A stretch of 64,000 bases of DNA from an uncultured Actinomycetes bacterium (GTDB lineage: Bacteria > Actinomycetota > Thermoleophilia > RBG-16-64-13). The DNA lies in the NCBI GenBank assembly GCA_963706025.1, contig CAVPLM010000005.1, positions 832,001 to 896,000 of the forward strand. The letters are read 5' to 3'. Shown one piece after another: positions 30,123 to 40,881 of the stretch (position 1 is its first letter; every line of letters starts with the position of its first letter). The notes below the pieces were generated by a model. The model made no database searches and was not told where the DNA came from. It saw nothing but the letters and a program-made list of their open reading frames with translations. The position numbers were made by a program, and so were the translations under genes.

Positions 30123-31817
30123 TCACCGGCCCGCCGACTCGCCGGCCTGCCGCCGGGATATCCATTCTTCGGCCACAGCCTGGGCCTCATACAGGGATTC
30201 CCCCACCCTGTCGGTTTGCAGGAAGATATTCTTGCCCAATACCGAACTGACTATACCGGCCCGGGATACCTGCTCCCTGACCTGCGGTGCCACCTCGGCC
30301 AGCATGAGACGGCTGCCGCGCCCCACCAGATCGTCGGCGTACCGCTGGACCACCTGCATGAAGGTGCTGCCGAGCTCGGTGCGTCCCCTGAGGTTCACGA
30401 TGACCACCGCGTCGCTGGTCGCCTCATCCATCACCGGTAGCTGATCCTCAAAGACGGGGGCGGCGGCATAGAAGAGGCTTCCGTAAGGGACCAGCACGGT
30501 CACCTGTCCGGGAGGCACCGTGCTCGGAGGAGCCTGTTCCAGGGGGAGCTGGCCTTCCTTCAGCAGCCACGCCTTGATTACCACCCGGTTGGACTGCCGG
30601 ACGACGTAGAGAACGATGGAAAGGGCGACCCCCGAGAGCACCGCGTACTGCAGCGGCACCATCAGAACCAGGACGAAGGTAATCACCATGACAATCCGCT
30701 GGATGTTGCCGGTGCGCCATACAGAGAGCATGTTGCCGGGCTTGAGCGCACGGAACCCGATGATGATCAATAAGGCCGCCAGCGAGGGCATCGCCAGTCT
30801 GCCCACCGCTCCCGAGAACAGAAAGACGGTTACGGCGATTACTACCCCGGCGAAGATGTTGGCGAGGCGGGTGCGGGCTCCGGCGGCGACGACCAGGGCC
30901 GTAGCCGAGACCGACCCTCCCACCGGCATGCCCCGGAAGAAGGAGGTGGCGATGTTGGCCGCTCCCTGCCCGATGAAATCCCGCGACGGATTGGGGAACT
31001 TCCCGTCGGGGTTCACGTAGCTCTGGCTCACCCCGGCCCCCTGGATGAGTCCGATGGCGGCCAGCGAGATGGCGGGCGTGATCAAGCCCAGTACCTGCGA
31101 AAAGTCCGGCAGCACGGGCAGGGGGAACGAACCGCTAATCTCGGCGATATCGGATACCAGCGGCACCGAATCCCAGCCAAAGAGCGGCGGGAGAAGCGAG
31201 GCGACGATGATGGCCACCACCATGCCGAGGTACCGGAGCCGCGTCTTCTCCAGGACCAGGATAAGGACCAGCGCAGCCAGACCCACTACCAGCGTGGGCA
31301 GGTCCACTTGAGTGAGGTTGAAAAGGAGATCGAGCGCGCGGGCAACCCTGTTGCTGAAGTCGCTCGCATACCCGGTGAAGTCGCCCAGTTGGCCGAGGAT
31401 GATGAGCAACGCGACTCCGTTCATGAAACCGGTCATCACCGAGTTGGACACGAAACGCATGAGTCGGCCCAGCTTGAGGAAGCCGGCGACGAGCATGAGG
31501 ATCCCGGTCATGAAAGCGAGTGTGAAGACCATCCGGCTGTCGTAGCCGGGACCAGACGCGCCGGGCACGCTCGCCACCACGAGCGACAGCGCGCTGGTGG
31601 TCTGCACGCTCAGGAAGGCCGAGCTGGCGAAGAACGCTCCAACGGGCGTAGCCACCATGACTGCGTACAGGGCGTAGAGGGGATTGATCCCGGCCAACAC
31701 GCCTGAGGCGAGAGCATCGGGCACGCTCTGCACCCCCAGGACCAGACCCGACATCAGGTCCGGGCGAATGGTCCTGCGATCGATCCTGATGCGCTTGAGA
31801 GGGCCCGGCAGCCTCAT
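30123..31817 (-). CDS. SulP (SLC26) family anion permease with STAS domain
   Basis: DLMSGL..GVQSVP, GRLMRFVSNSVMTGFMNG, GQGAANI...GMPVGGSVSAT; STAS YGSLFYAAA. Confidence 0.9.
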   Translation of the reverse strand: MRLPGPLKRIRIDRRTIRPDLMSGLVLGVQSVPDALASGVLAGINPLYALYAVMVATPVGAFFASSAFLSVQTTSALSLVVASVPGASGPGYDSRMVFTLAFMTGILMLVAGFLKLGRLMRFVSNSVMTGFMNGVALLIILGQLGDFTGYASDFSNRVARALDLLFNLTQVDLPTLVVGLAALVLILVLEKTRLRYLGMVVAIIVASLLPPLFGWDSVPLVSDIAEISGSFPLPVLPDFSQVLGLITPAISLAAIGLIQGAGVSQSYVNPDGKFPNPSRDFIGQGAANIATSFFRGMPVGGSVSATALVVAAGARTRLANIFAGVVIAVTVFLFSGAVGRLAMPSLAALLIIIGFRALKPGNMLSVWRTGNIQRIVMVITFVLVLMVPLQYAVLSGVALSIVLYVVRQSNRVVIKAWLLKEGQLPLEQAPPSTVPPGQVTVLVPYGSLFYAAAPVFEDQLPVMDEATSDAVVIVNLRGRTELGSTFMQVVQRYADDLVGRGSRLMLAEVAPQVREQVSRAGIVSSVLGKNIFLQTDRVGESLYEAQAVAEEWISRRQAGESAGR

Positions 31818-31823
31818 TTGTGG

Positions 31824-31963
31824 TCAGTCCACCTCCATCGCCGCGATCACCGAAGGGAGGAAGGCGGTGAAGTAGCGAACAACCTGGTCAGAAGAGCGAG
31901 ACAGGCGGCGCCGATCGCCATGTCGAAGCCGGTGCCGAACAAGAGCTGACCGGCTTCCGTCAA
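31824..31963 (-). pseudogene. Degenerate paralog remnant of the 34813-35274 membrane gene
   Basis: LTEAGQLLFGTGFDMAIGAACLALL vs LTEAGRRLFASDFDVAFGLACLVLL; followed by a frameshifted LF-RYF match. Confidence 0.65.
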
Positions 31964-32071
31964 GTGCTGTTCCAGTGATCCAGCGGCCCCAGATCGATCC
32001 GTCACCTTCACCCCCCAGACCTCGACCCCTAGACCTTCAGCGTCGTGGGCTTCGCGCTTCTTGCTGCTCGG

Positions 32072-32192
32072 TATTGATACCAGTCCGCGCCGGTTTGGTG
32101 CAAACGGATGGCCTCGCCGTGGACGAGGAGAACCTTCGCGCGACGTCTTGCCGCAAAGGATAGGTGTGAATGCGCGTGGTATTAGGGTGGGA
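32072..32192. repeat. Diverged duplicate of intergenic region 35336-35459
   Basis: TATTGATACCAGT identical at 32072 and 35336; GCGCGTGGTATT(A/T)GGGTG at 32172 and 35439; spacing 100 vs 103. Confidence 0.7.
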
Positions 32193-32209
32193 GATCATTG
32201 TCGGAATCG

Positions 32210-32494
32210 TCATAAGGCCCTACTTCCTGGGGGTGGCGGCCCGGTAGCCGGGAAAGATGCGTTGGCGGCGAGCCCCTCGGTCGTCGCTCCCACGACCGGC
32301 TTAGCCGCGCTCACCGATTCCGGTGCCACTCGGGGCGCGGTGTCCTCAAGAAGTGTGAGCAGTCTGGTCCTCAGGTTCTCCCTATGGTCGGCCCAGGTAT
32401 GGGGTCCATAGCGATGAATCACAAACATGATGAAGAACCACAGGGCCGCCAACGCTACGACAGCTTTCAAAAGCCGCCCAACAGTGCGCCTCAT
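32210..32494 (-). CDS. Small hypothetical single-TM protein
   Basis: GAGGAGGG RBS; MRRTVGRLLKAVVALAALWFFIMFVIH. Confidence 0.55.
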   Translation of the reverse strand: MRRTVGRLLKAVVALAALWFFIMFVIHRYGPHTWADHRENLRTRLLTLLEDTAPRVAPESVSAAKPVVGATTEGLAANASFPATGPPPPGSRAL

Positions 32495-32533
32495 GACTCC
32501 CTCCTCCCGTCTTCTTGCTTTGGCCCCGTGTGT

Positions 32534-32560
32534 ATACCCACTTGAGAACGTGTGGTAACG
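32534..32560 (-). promoter_or_regulatory. SigF/SigB-like promoter candidate
   Basis: CGTTA-N16-GGGTAT about 40 bp upstream of ATG 32494. Confidence 0.4.
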
Positions 32561-32933
32561 GGTCGTCGGGGGTTGTGGGGGGCTCCGGTAGCTGCGGCGC
32601 GGGGCTCTCCTCGGGCTCGTCTTCAGGCACGGGCTCCAGTCCCAACGCCGGGGAGATGTCCTCGTACAGCGCCTGCATCGCAGCCGGGTCGTGCAGAGCC
32701 TCGACCGCATCCGCGCCGGGGATGAGGGTCATGGTGATGCTTTCCCGGCGGTTTTGGCGCCACCGCCCCGAGAAGACTCGCCGTCGCGATGAGACGCCGG
32801 GGGCCCATAGTGCCCTCGGAACCGGTTACACAGCTGGCCGTACCAAGGGTGAGTAGAGTGTCACGGCAAGGGCATCCGACCCTCCGCAGCACCAAACTGC
32901 CGGCGGCAAGGGCGCCCGGCCCTCCGGACTCGA

Positions 32934-34811
32934 TCAGCCCGGCGGTCGTTTCCACTCCCGCAATTCCCGCACCTTCTGCACGAGGAGGAAGAAGGCCGGA
33001 ACCGCGAGCAGCACCACGATCACCCACAACCAATAGTTGATGACGAGAAGTATCGCCGTGAAGACGGCCAGCACGGCCGCGATACCGGTGACGGTCCTCG
33101 TGTACTCCCCGCGGAGGATGGATTCGATCACCACCAGTGCTATCAACATTATGATCAGACCCACCCACAGGTAGCCGCGGGCCACGACCAGCAGTGCCAC
33201 GATGCCGAAGAGAATGAAGCTGAGGCTGACCGCGCCCCAAGTCTCGGCAGCCCGGTTGAAGCGCATGGCGGACGGAGCCACCGGTTCGGCCAGTTCGCGG
33301 ATGTGCGCCCGAGGATCGTCTCTACGGCCGGCTTTGAGCCGGGCCAGTCTCAGTTGCAGCGCACTGAGCACGGCCTCGTTCTCCGACCTCTCCTTGCGGA
33401 GGCCGCTCAGCTCTTCGCGGAGGTCGGCACTTCGTTCTGCCAGTAGCCTGTGCGGCTTCCGCAGATGAGGATTACCCTGCATCCCAGCCAACTGCGCTCC
33501 GATGGCGTGCAACTCGACCACTCTCTCGTCGGTCATCTGATCGATCTCCGCCCGCCGCTCTTCCAGGCGGGCGCAATTCTGCTCGAGTAGGCCGATGGCG
33601 GCCATCGGTGGCGGCTCCTTGTCGAGCCCGGCGAACGCCAGCGGATCGTACCAGGCGCCGCGGGGAGAACCGTCGCGGTTATACATCGGCCCGGCAGGAG
33701 CGTTCTCGCCGGAGATCGGATCACGGGCGAACAGCCCCCACAGACCGCGATACTGGCTCACCCAGGGAGTCGATTCGTCGATCACCACCGGCGTCCACCC
33801 GTCCTCCTGGCCGGGGCCGATACTCTTGCCGTCTCCACGCGCGTAGTCCACGAACGGGATACGCAGCGGATCCCGGCCCTTTGTCGCCTGCCCGAGGGTG
33901 CTGGTCCAGAACCGGTTGAGCGAATGGGCCAAAGAGTGCATCCATTCAGGCAGAGGTAGAGCCACCGCCGCCTGGTACTCCCCTTGCCGGAAGTAGGAGG
34001 CGTGAGATCCGGCCCCGGCCCACACCACCGGATGACCGTCCACCACATCGAGCTGCCCCCGGTCGTCCCAGCGCCTGCGCAGATCCTCGCCGTGGAAGTC
34101 GTGCGAGGCATAGGCGGCCCACTCGGGCCACAGGCGGCCATCCTCCTCAAAGAGGTAGAGGAGAACGTTCTCCCAGTCGGATTCGTGATCGTTCACCCCA
34201 TGGAACCCGGAGCGCCAGCTGTTGTAGCAGTAGAAGAACCAGTACTGGAGCACGGTCCAGCCCCCCTGCCGGACCACCCTGCCGTAGTAGACGTACCGCT
34301 CGTCCTCTTTGAGCATCCGGTGGTATTCCAGCTCCGCCGAGGCTGCGGTGACGGAGGACACCTTGCCCCGTAGCAACAGGGAGAAGGAGAAGAGAGCGTC
34401 GGCCAACCGAGCCAGGAGACCTCCCCGGGTCAGCCGCCCCATTCCCGGATGAAAGACGTTCCCCGTCTCCCGGCGCAGGCGGGCGACCTCCCCCAGGACC
34501 CGAGCACTGTCGGCCACGCCCAAGGCGTCGCTGAAACGTAGGAACTCCACCGTGCCGAAGGGATACTCGCGGGGTTCAACAAGTCTCTCGACGTCGAGCT
34601 CTCCCTCTCGTACCAGGTTCTCCTCCCGCCCGTCCGGATAGTGCGCCCAAAGACCGGCCTGAGCCACATAGCGGTCCACATCGGTAGGAAAGAACTGCTC
34701 GCCGGCCGTGAAACGCACAACCGGCTCGAAGGCGCGCAACAATTCCAGGTCGGGGGCGTCGGCCGGCGCCGAGCGTCGATCGTCCTGGATAGGCCGGCCG
34801 GGGGTGCTCAT
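32934..34811 (-). CDS. Vps62/NPP1-like domain protein with coiled coil and C-terminal TM helices
   Basis: FEPVVRF..GEQFFP, LQYWFFY.YN, NDHESDWE, HPVVWAGAGSHASY, YRGLWG, PAGP; then a coiled coil and 3-4 TMs. Confidence 0.7.
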   Translation of the reverse strand: MSTPGRPIQDDRRSAPADAPDLELLRAFEPVVRFTAGEQFFPTDVDRYVAQAGLWAHYPDGREENLVREGELDVERLVEPREYPFGTVEFLRFSDALGVADSARVLGEVARLRRETGNVFHPGMGRLTRGGLLARLADALFSFSLLLRGKVSSVTAASAELEYHRMLKEDERYVYYGRVVRQGGWTVLQYWFFYCYNSWRSGFHGVNDHESDWENVLLYLFEEDGRLWPEWAAYASHDFHGEDLRRRWDDRGQLDVVDGHPVVWAGAGSHASYFRQGEYQAAVALPLPEWMHSLAHSLNRFWTSTLGQATKGRDPLRIPFVDYARGDGKSIGPGQEDGWTPVVIDESTPWVSQYRGLWGLFARDPISGENAPAGPMYNRDGSPRGAWYDPLAFAGLDKEPPPMAAIGLLEQNCARLEERRAEIDQMTDERVVELHAIGAQLAGMQGNPHLRKPHRLLAERSADLREELSGLRKERSENEAVLSALQLRLARLKAGRRDDPRAHIRELAEPVAPSAMRFNRAAETWGAVSLSFILFGIVALLVVARGYLWVGLIIMLIALVVIESILRGEYTRTVTGIAAVLAVFTAILLVINYWLWVIVVLLAVPAFFLLVQKVRELREWKRPPG

Positions 34812-34812
34812 G

Positions 34813-35274
34813 TTAGCTCCTACCTATATCGAAGGCCCGGTGCATCGAGGCCAGGTTCAGAACGAACATCAGGACCACCCCGGCCAACATGTTCGGGTAT
34901 CGGGGTTCGTGCAAGAAGTAACGGAACAGTCCCACGGCGAGCGACAAGGCGACGATGGTCATCATCGTCACCCACGCCCATCTTCGCCTGCGCAAGAAGC
35001 CGACCAGGAGAACGAGGCACGCCAGGCCGAAGGCCACGTCGAAGTCGGAGGCGAACAGCCGTCGACCGGCCTCCGTCAGGCCGACATTTGAGAAGAACGG
35101 CGGGAGAAGGACGTCGCCAAAGATACCGAGATCGAAGAGCGTCTTGATCCCATAGTAGAGATGGACGGCGGCGGTAGCAAAGATGATGAACGCCACGATC
35201 GCCATGGCGGCCGTTGGGCGCTTCTCCTTGACCTCGGGGCTTCCCGACGCTTCGGCGCTCCCGGTCTTCTCCAA
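34813..35274 (-). CDS. Hypothetical 4-TM membrane protein
   Basis: Four hydrophobic segments, GFLRRRRWAW; ends 1 nt before the start of the Vps62-like gene. Confidence 0.7.
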   Translation of the reverse strand: MEKTGSAEASGSPEVKEKRPTAAMAIVAFIIFATAAVHLYYGIKTLFDLGIFGDVLLPPFFSNVGLTEAGRRLFASDFDVAFGLACLVLLVGFLRRRRWAWVTMMTIVALSLAVGLFRYFLHEPRYPNMLAGVVLMFVLNLASMHRAFDIGRS

Positions 35275-35538
35275 TTGCCCCCCGATCCACGGACGACCTT
35301 AGGTTGGTCGGCGTCGCTCATCACTGGTTCCCATCTATTGATACCAGTTATGCGTGGTCAGAGGCAACCCGGCCAGGACTCACCTCCCGTGGGAGTTCCT
35401 CTTCCCGCGACGACCCTGCCACGAAGGAACGCCATACCGCGCGTGGTATTTGGGTGAGAAGAAGCCCAAAGAAGGACCGGAGCCGGGCGGTGATCCTCCG
35501 ACCCCGGTTTCCGCCACGGGAGGAATCGAGGGGAACTC

Positions 35539-36720
35539 ATGAACCGAGAAGAAGAGCCTTCACTTGCTGTTCCGCCGGCCCACTCGACCTCGGGTGACCA
35601 GCCGCGTGCACAGGGGGAGCCTTCGCGGGCTATCGACGATGGCGGCCTGGCAGAAGGGGTGAAGGCTGGAGACCGAGATCTATTCCACAGCCCGACGGGG
35701 CTGCTTCTTGCGCTCGCCTGTGTGACCATAGTCCTCTACGGGATGCGCTATTCCCGATCGATCCTGGCCCCCATCTTTCTGGCTATGTTCGTCGTGATGG
35801 GACTGAGCCCGATACTGCAGTGGCTCAGGAAGAAGGGTATGCCGCCGTGGGCTGCCATCGTGGTCGTGCTGATTGGGTTCCTGGTCGTTGCCCTGCTCCT
35901 CGTAGGCATCATCGCGGCTTCATTGGGGCAGCTCAATACCGTGCTCCCGGTCTATCAAGAGAACCTGAGCAGGATGGTCACCGATGTACAGGTGTGGTTG
36001 GCAGACCGCGACATAGACATCAGTGGCCTCACCAGCAACGTCCTCCGACCCGACCGCATCGTCGGGTGGATCACTTCCACCATAAGGATGCTGATCTCTC
36101 TCCTCACCAACGGCTTTCTGATAATCCTTATCGTGGCCTTCATGATCGCAGAGGTCTATTCGTTTCCCCGAAAGGCTCACGCCCGATTGGGTTTCAGCCC
36201 CAGACTAAGTGAGACCTTCGCCAACTTCGGCGGCGTGACCCGCAAGTTCCTGTTCACATTGACGTGGCTGAACATGCTGACCGCCGTGATCGTGGTCGCC
36301 GTGTATTACGCCTTCGGGGTCGATTTCGCCCTCCTCTGGGGTCTGGTCTTCTTCCTCCTCAGCTTCATCCCCAACATCGGGTTCGTGCTGTCCGTCATCC
36401 CTCCGTTCTTCGTGACCCTGCTCGAGTTCGGCTTCACCCGGGCCGCCATCGTGGTGGCCATCGTCATCTTCTTCAACGGCCTCGTGAACAACGCCGTGAC
36501 TCCGCGCTTCTTGGGCCAGAAGACGGGCCTCAGCACGCTGGCCGTCTTCCTTTCCCTGGTGATATGGGCGTGGATCCTCGGACCCATAGGGGCCCTCATG
36601 TCCGTGCCTCTCATGCTCATGGTGAAGCTACTGTTCTTCGACTCCTATGAGAGCACCCGCCCGATATCGGCCCTCATCAGCCCGCTGCCGCGGACGATGA
36701 CGAAGGATACCGGCGGCTAG
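35539..36720 (+). CDS. AI-2E family transporter (paralog 1)
   Basis: ILAPIFLAMF..LSP...WLRKKG, ALLWGL.FFLLSFIPNIG, PRFLGQKTGLS, WAWILGPIGALMSVPL. Confidence 0.9.
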   Translation: MNREEEPSLAVPPAHSTSGDQPRAQGEPSRAIDDGGLAEGVKAGDRDLFHSPTGLLLALACVTIVLYGMRYSRSILAPIFLAMFVVMGLSPILQWLRKKGMPPWAAIVVVLIGFLVVALLLVGIIAASLGQLNTVLPVYQENLSRMVTDVQVWLADRDIDISGLTSNVLRPDRIVGWITSTIRMLISLLTNGFLIILIVAFMIAEVYSFPRKAHARLGFSPRLSETFANFGGVTRKFLFTLTWLNMLTAVIVVAVYYAFGVDFALLWGLVFFLLSFIPNIGFVLSVIPPFFVTLLEFGFTRAAIVVAIVIFFNGLVNNAVTPRFLGQKTGLSTLAVFLSLVIWAWILGPIGALMSVPLMLMVKLLFFDSYESTRPISALISPLPRTMTKDTGG

Positions 36721-37734
36721 TCCGACTGGTGAGACGGGCCTACAGGTCGGGACGCGAACAGGTCGAGGCCGAGCTTCCGGGAGAGGAACTTGGCAGCCAG
36801 CTGCCCCTTGACGCTGTTTCCCGCGGCGTCGAGCCGCGGGGCGAACGTCCCCAGGCCGCCCTTACCCGGCGAGATGGTCACGATTCCGCCGCCGATCCCG
36901 CTCTTCGCCGGTAGGCCGACATCGTAGAGCCAGTCACCCGAGGTCTCGTACAGCCCGGCCGTCGTCATCACCGCCAGCACGTAGTGGCAGAGAGCGGGGT
37001 CGATCAACCGCTCCCAGGTGACGGGGTTGACGCCGCCATCTGCCAGCGTCGCCCCCATCACCGCTAGGTCGCGGGCGGTGACGGCCAGACAGCTCTGCCT
37101 GGTATAGAGATCGACCGCCACTTCCGGGTCGCAGAACAGCCGCCCACGCTCGTCGAGAAGACGGGCGATGTCGCGGTTCCGATGATTGGTGGCGGAGGCG
37201 GACGAATAGACTTCCTCGTCAAGATCCAGCGTACGACCGGCGAACCGGGAGAGTGCACCATGGATGGCCAGCCACTTGTCCTCGGCCGTATCGCCGGGAA
37301 CCAGGCTGGTGGTCGCGATCGCACCGGCGTTCACCATCGGGTTCGTCCTCCCGTCTTCGCTCTCCCTCACCGCGTCCAGCGAGTTGAACGGCAGCCCCGT
37401 GGCGTTCACGCCCACCCGGCGGCGTACCTCTTCGGGCCCAATGGCCTGACACACGAGAGCGAAGACGAACGGCTTCGCAACGCTCATGATCGCGAACGGC
37501 CGGTCATCGTCGCCGACGCCAGAGACCCCACCGGTCGTCCCGACGACGCAGATGCCGAACAGATCGGCCGGCACGCTGCGCCAGTGCCGGATAGACCTGC
37601 GAGTTCGTTCCTTCGCCGATCGTGCGAAAGCGCTCGTACGCCACTTCGACCAGTTCCTGCACCCGCCGGGCGGGCGGCAGGTGGCCGGTGGATACGAAGC
37701 CTACTTCGTCCCCGGAGAAGTCGTCGGCCGGCAT
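36717..37734 (-). CDS. glsA: Glutaminase A; extra base near 37575
   Basis: N-terminal ...SQVYPALA/VPADLFGI; SxxK IMSVAKPF; NATGLPFNS, NPMVNAGAI, GLPAKSGIGGG, LDAAGNSVKG. Confidence 0.9.
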
Positions 37735-37769
37735 CACGAATCGCTCTCGCTCTTTGGGATCGGCTCTTC

Positions 37770-39495
37770 TCAGGCCGGCGCCCCCGGTCCCATGGGGATG
37801 CCGAGCAGGTACCAGATCACGAAGAAGATGATCCACACTATCGTGAGGATGATGAAGTACGGCAGCATGAGGGCGATCACCGTGCCGATGCCTGAGCGCT
37901 TGTCGTAGCGGGCGGCGAACACCACGATCAGCGGGAAATAGGCCATGATGGGCGTGAAGATGTTCATGGGCGAATCGGCGACCCGGTAGGCGGCCAGCAC
38001 CGACTGCGGCTCGATGCCCAGACGTAGGAACAGGGGGATGAAGATGGGGGCTAGCAGCGCCCACTTGGCGATGGCCTGCGGCATGATGATGCCCACCACC
38101 AGGGTGATGAGCATAGCCAGAACGAGCAGCCCAATGTCGCCGATGTTCAAGCCCTCCAACGTGTCCCCAAGGCTGACGGCCGCCACCTGCGGGATGTTGG
38201 AGTAGTTGAAGTAGGCTATGAACTGGGCGATGAGCAAGAACAGGAAGAGAAGACCGGCCAGACCCGCCCAGCCCTTGATAATCATCTTGATGCCCTCGGT
38301 GGCGTTCTTGATAGTCCCGGTGACCTTCCCATAGACGGCTCCGGCGACCAGGAACACGATCGTGATGATCACGATCAGGCTGTCCATGAAGGGAGACGTG
38401 CCGATGATGCTGCCCGTCTCCGGATCGCGCAGGGGCGCCCCGGGGATGGCGGTCAGCAGGGCGAAAACCACGATCACCCCCAGGATGCCCAGCGGCCGCC
38501 CAGCGCAGCCCCCTTGCCTCCGCTTCCGGAGAGACCGTGTGTGCCGCCTCGGCCGCAGCCTCAGCCGGACCGTTGGTCGGAGCCACGGACGGGTCGTAGG
38601 TTCCCAAGCGCCGCTCGATGATGCGCGTGGAGATGAGCCCCATGACAATGGTGAGCATGATCGTCGAACCGATCCCAAACCATAGGTTGGCGGTGATGTC
38701 TATCGATCGCGCCGGGTCGACCAACGCTATCGATTCGTTGGCGATCTCGGTCAGAACGGCATCGGTCGGTGTAATGAGGAAGTTCACGCCGAAGCCCGCG
38801 GCCACGCCGGCGAAGGCCGCCGCCATGCCGGCCAGCGGGTGGCGTCCCACGCTCATGAACGCCGCCGCCCCCAGCGGGATGAGCACCAGGTAGCCCGCGT
38901 CCGAGGCGATGCTCGAGACGATGCCGACGAACACGATGATGTAGGTGAGCGAGGCAGGCGAGGATACGGCCACCAGCTTGCGGATGAGCGCGCCGATGAG
39001 TCCTGAGGACTCGGCCAATCCCACCCCGATCATGACGATGAGGATGATGCCCATGGCCGCGAAGCTCATGAAGTTGCTGATGAACGAGGTGAAGAGGAAG
39101 CGGACTCCGTCGCCGTCCAGGAGACTGTTGATCTCCACAGTCCTCGTTTCTACCTCGTAGTCCTCAGCGTCCACCCGCTCGGGTGGTAGGACATCGACGG
39201 GCTCGGTCGACCCACCTACATCGTATTCCTGCACCGTGACCGGGGGAGGAGTCACCACCTCGTAGGTAGCGCTGATGCCTATCCAGGCAAGGATCTGGGA
39301 GAGGATGATCAGGCCCACGATGAGGGCTATGAACAAGATAGCCGGGTGAGGCACCTTGTTGCCCACCCGCTCGATGAAGTTGAGCACGCGCTGCATGACG
39401 GTGGGGCCTTTGGCCTTGTCCTTGGAGCTGTCGCGCTTCTCGGCCGGCGCGTCTTCGAGCGGCTCGCTGTCGGGCTGTCTGTCCTCGGCGCTCAC
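37770..39495 (-). CDS. AbgT-family transporter; extra base near 38494
   Basis: [31 protein letters not shown]; second frame [37 protein letters not shown]. Confidence 0.9.
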
Positions 39496-40847
39496 GATGC
39501 GGCTCCGGCTCTGGAGACCTCGGCTATGCGGCCCAGCAGGTCGGCCTCAGCCAGCACCGCCTTTTCGAACTCGTCCAGCAACACCCGTTCATTCGGCCCG
39601 TGGATGTTGGCGTAGCCGTCGGTGGTGCCAACCAGCAGGATGTCGGCGTCCGGGACGGCGCGGCTGAGAGCGTTCACCAGAGGGATGGAACCGCCGCTGC
39701 CGGCGAACACCGAATCCGTACCCCAGGCCGCCGCCCAGGCCTCCTGGGCGGCCTGATAGACCGGACTGGACGTCCGGGCGGCAAAGCCGTTCCCGGTCGG
39801 GCCGGCCTGGACATCAAGCTGTACGCCGAAGGGCATGGCCTCGCGCAGATGCTTCATCAGTGCCGCCTGCGCCTCCTCAGCCTCCTGCTCGGGGTGCACG
39901 CGCAGGTTCATCGACGCCCGGGCATGGGGGGAGACTGAGTTCACAGCCTTGTCGACGGAAGCGACATCGATACCGGTGACGGTGATGGCCGGTCCCGACC
40001 ACACCCGGGAGCCCAAGGTCCCGGTGCCGATGAGGGGCAGACCCTCCAAAACGTCGGCCAAGGCGCGAAACTCCTCTTCGCTGCTGCCGCCGCCGGTCCA
40101 TTCCTCGCGACGCAGGCCCTTGACCGTCACGTCGCCGTTGTCGTCGTGGAGTGACGCCAGCGCCCGGATCAGCGCGAGGAGCGCATCCGGCGCAGCGCCG
40201 CCGTACTGTCCACTGTGCTTAGCCGACTCGAGCGTCCGTACCTCGATGGTGACGTTGGCCATGCCTCGCAAGGCCACGGTGAGCGTGGGCACCCCCGGCC
40301 GCACGCTCCCCATATCGCCGATGAGCATGACGTCGGAGGCGAAGGGCTCCGGATGCTGGAGGACATACGGCACCAGACCGCCCCCTCCGACCTCCTCCTG
40401 ACCCTCGATCACGACCTTGATGCCCACGGGCGGCCGGCCGTCCCAGACCCGCAGGGCGCCGGCCAGGGCCACGATGTTGGACTTAGTGTCCGCCGCGCCC
40501 CGCCCGTATACGGCCCCATCGCGCTCAGTGGGTTCAAACGGGGGCGTGTGCCACTCCGACTCGTCGCCCGCCGGGACGACGTCGTAATGGCTGTAGAGGA
40601 GCACGGTGGGCGCTCCAGGCGGAGCGGGCATCTCGGCCACGACTATGGGCGCCGTGTCCGGCACTTCCAGCGACTCGACCCGCGTGCAGCCGGCGTCGCG
40701 GAACAGTCCCGCCACCATGTCGCGCGCCTGGAGGATGACGGGCCAGGTCCTTTCCGGATACCCGGCTTCAGAGACCGAAGGTATGGCCACCAGCGCGGCC
40801 AGTTCGGCCTTGAGTTGCGGCATCAGACTTCTTACGCGCGCTCTCAT
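39492..40847 (-). CDS. M20/M25/M40 metallopeptidase (dipeptidase-like)
   Basis: [40 protein letters not shown]; AAGGAGG RBS before ATG 40847. Confidence 0.9.
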   Translation of the reverse strand: MRARVRSLMPQLKAELAALVAIPSVSEAGYPERTWPVILQARDMVAGLFRDAGCTRVESLEVPDTAPIVVAEMPAPPGAPTVLLYSHYDVVPAGDESEWHTPPFEPTERDGAVYGRGAADTKSNIVALAGALRVWDGRPPVGIKVVIEGQEEVGGGGLVPYVLQHPEPFASDVMLIGDMGSVRPGVPTLTVALRGMANVTIEVRTLESAKHSGQYGGAAPDALLALIRALASLHDDNGDVTVKGLRREEWTGGGSSEEEFRALADVLEGLPLIGTGTLGSRVWSGPAITVTGIDVASVDKAVNSVSPHARASMNLRVHPEQEAEEAQAALMKHLREAMPFGVQLDVQAGPTGNGFAARTSSPVYQAAQEAWAAAWGTDSVFAGSGGSIPLVNALSRAVPDADILLVGTTDGYANIHGPNERVLLDEFEKAVLAEADLLGRIAEVSRAGAAS

Positions 40848-40881
40848 GCTCCCTCCTTCTAGGCTCACTCGGTCTAGACTG

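Noticed and set aside
37504-39495. Apparent 663-aa AbgT-glutaminase fusion ORF
   Set aside because: Produced by the indel near 38494; both genes have their own ends once frames are corrected
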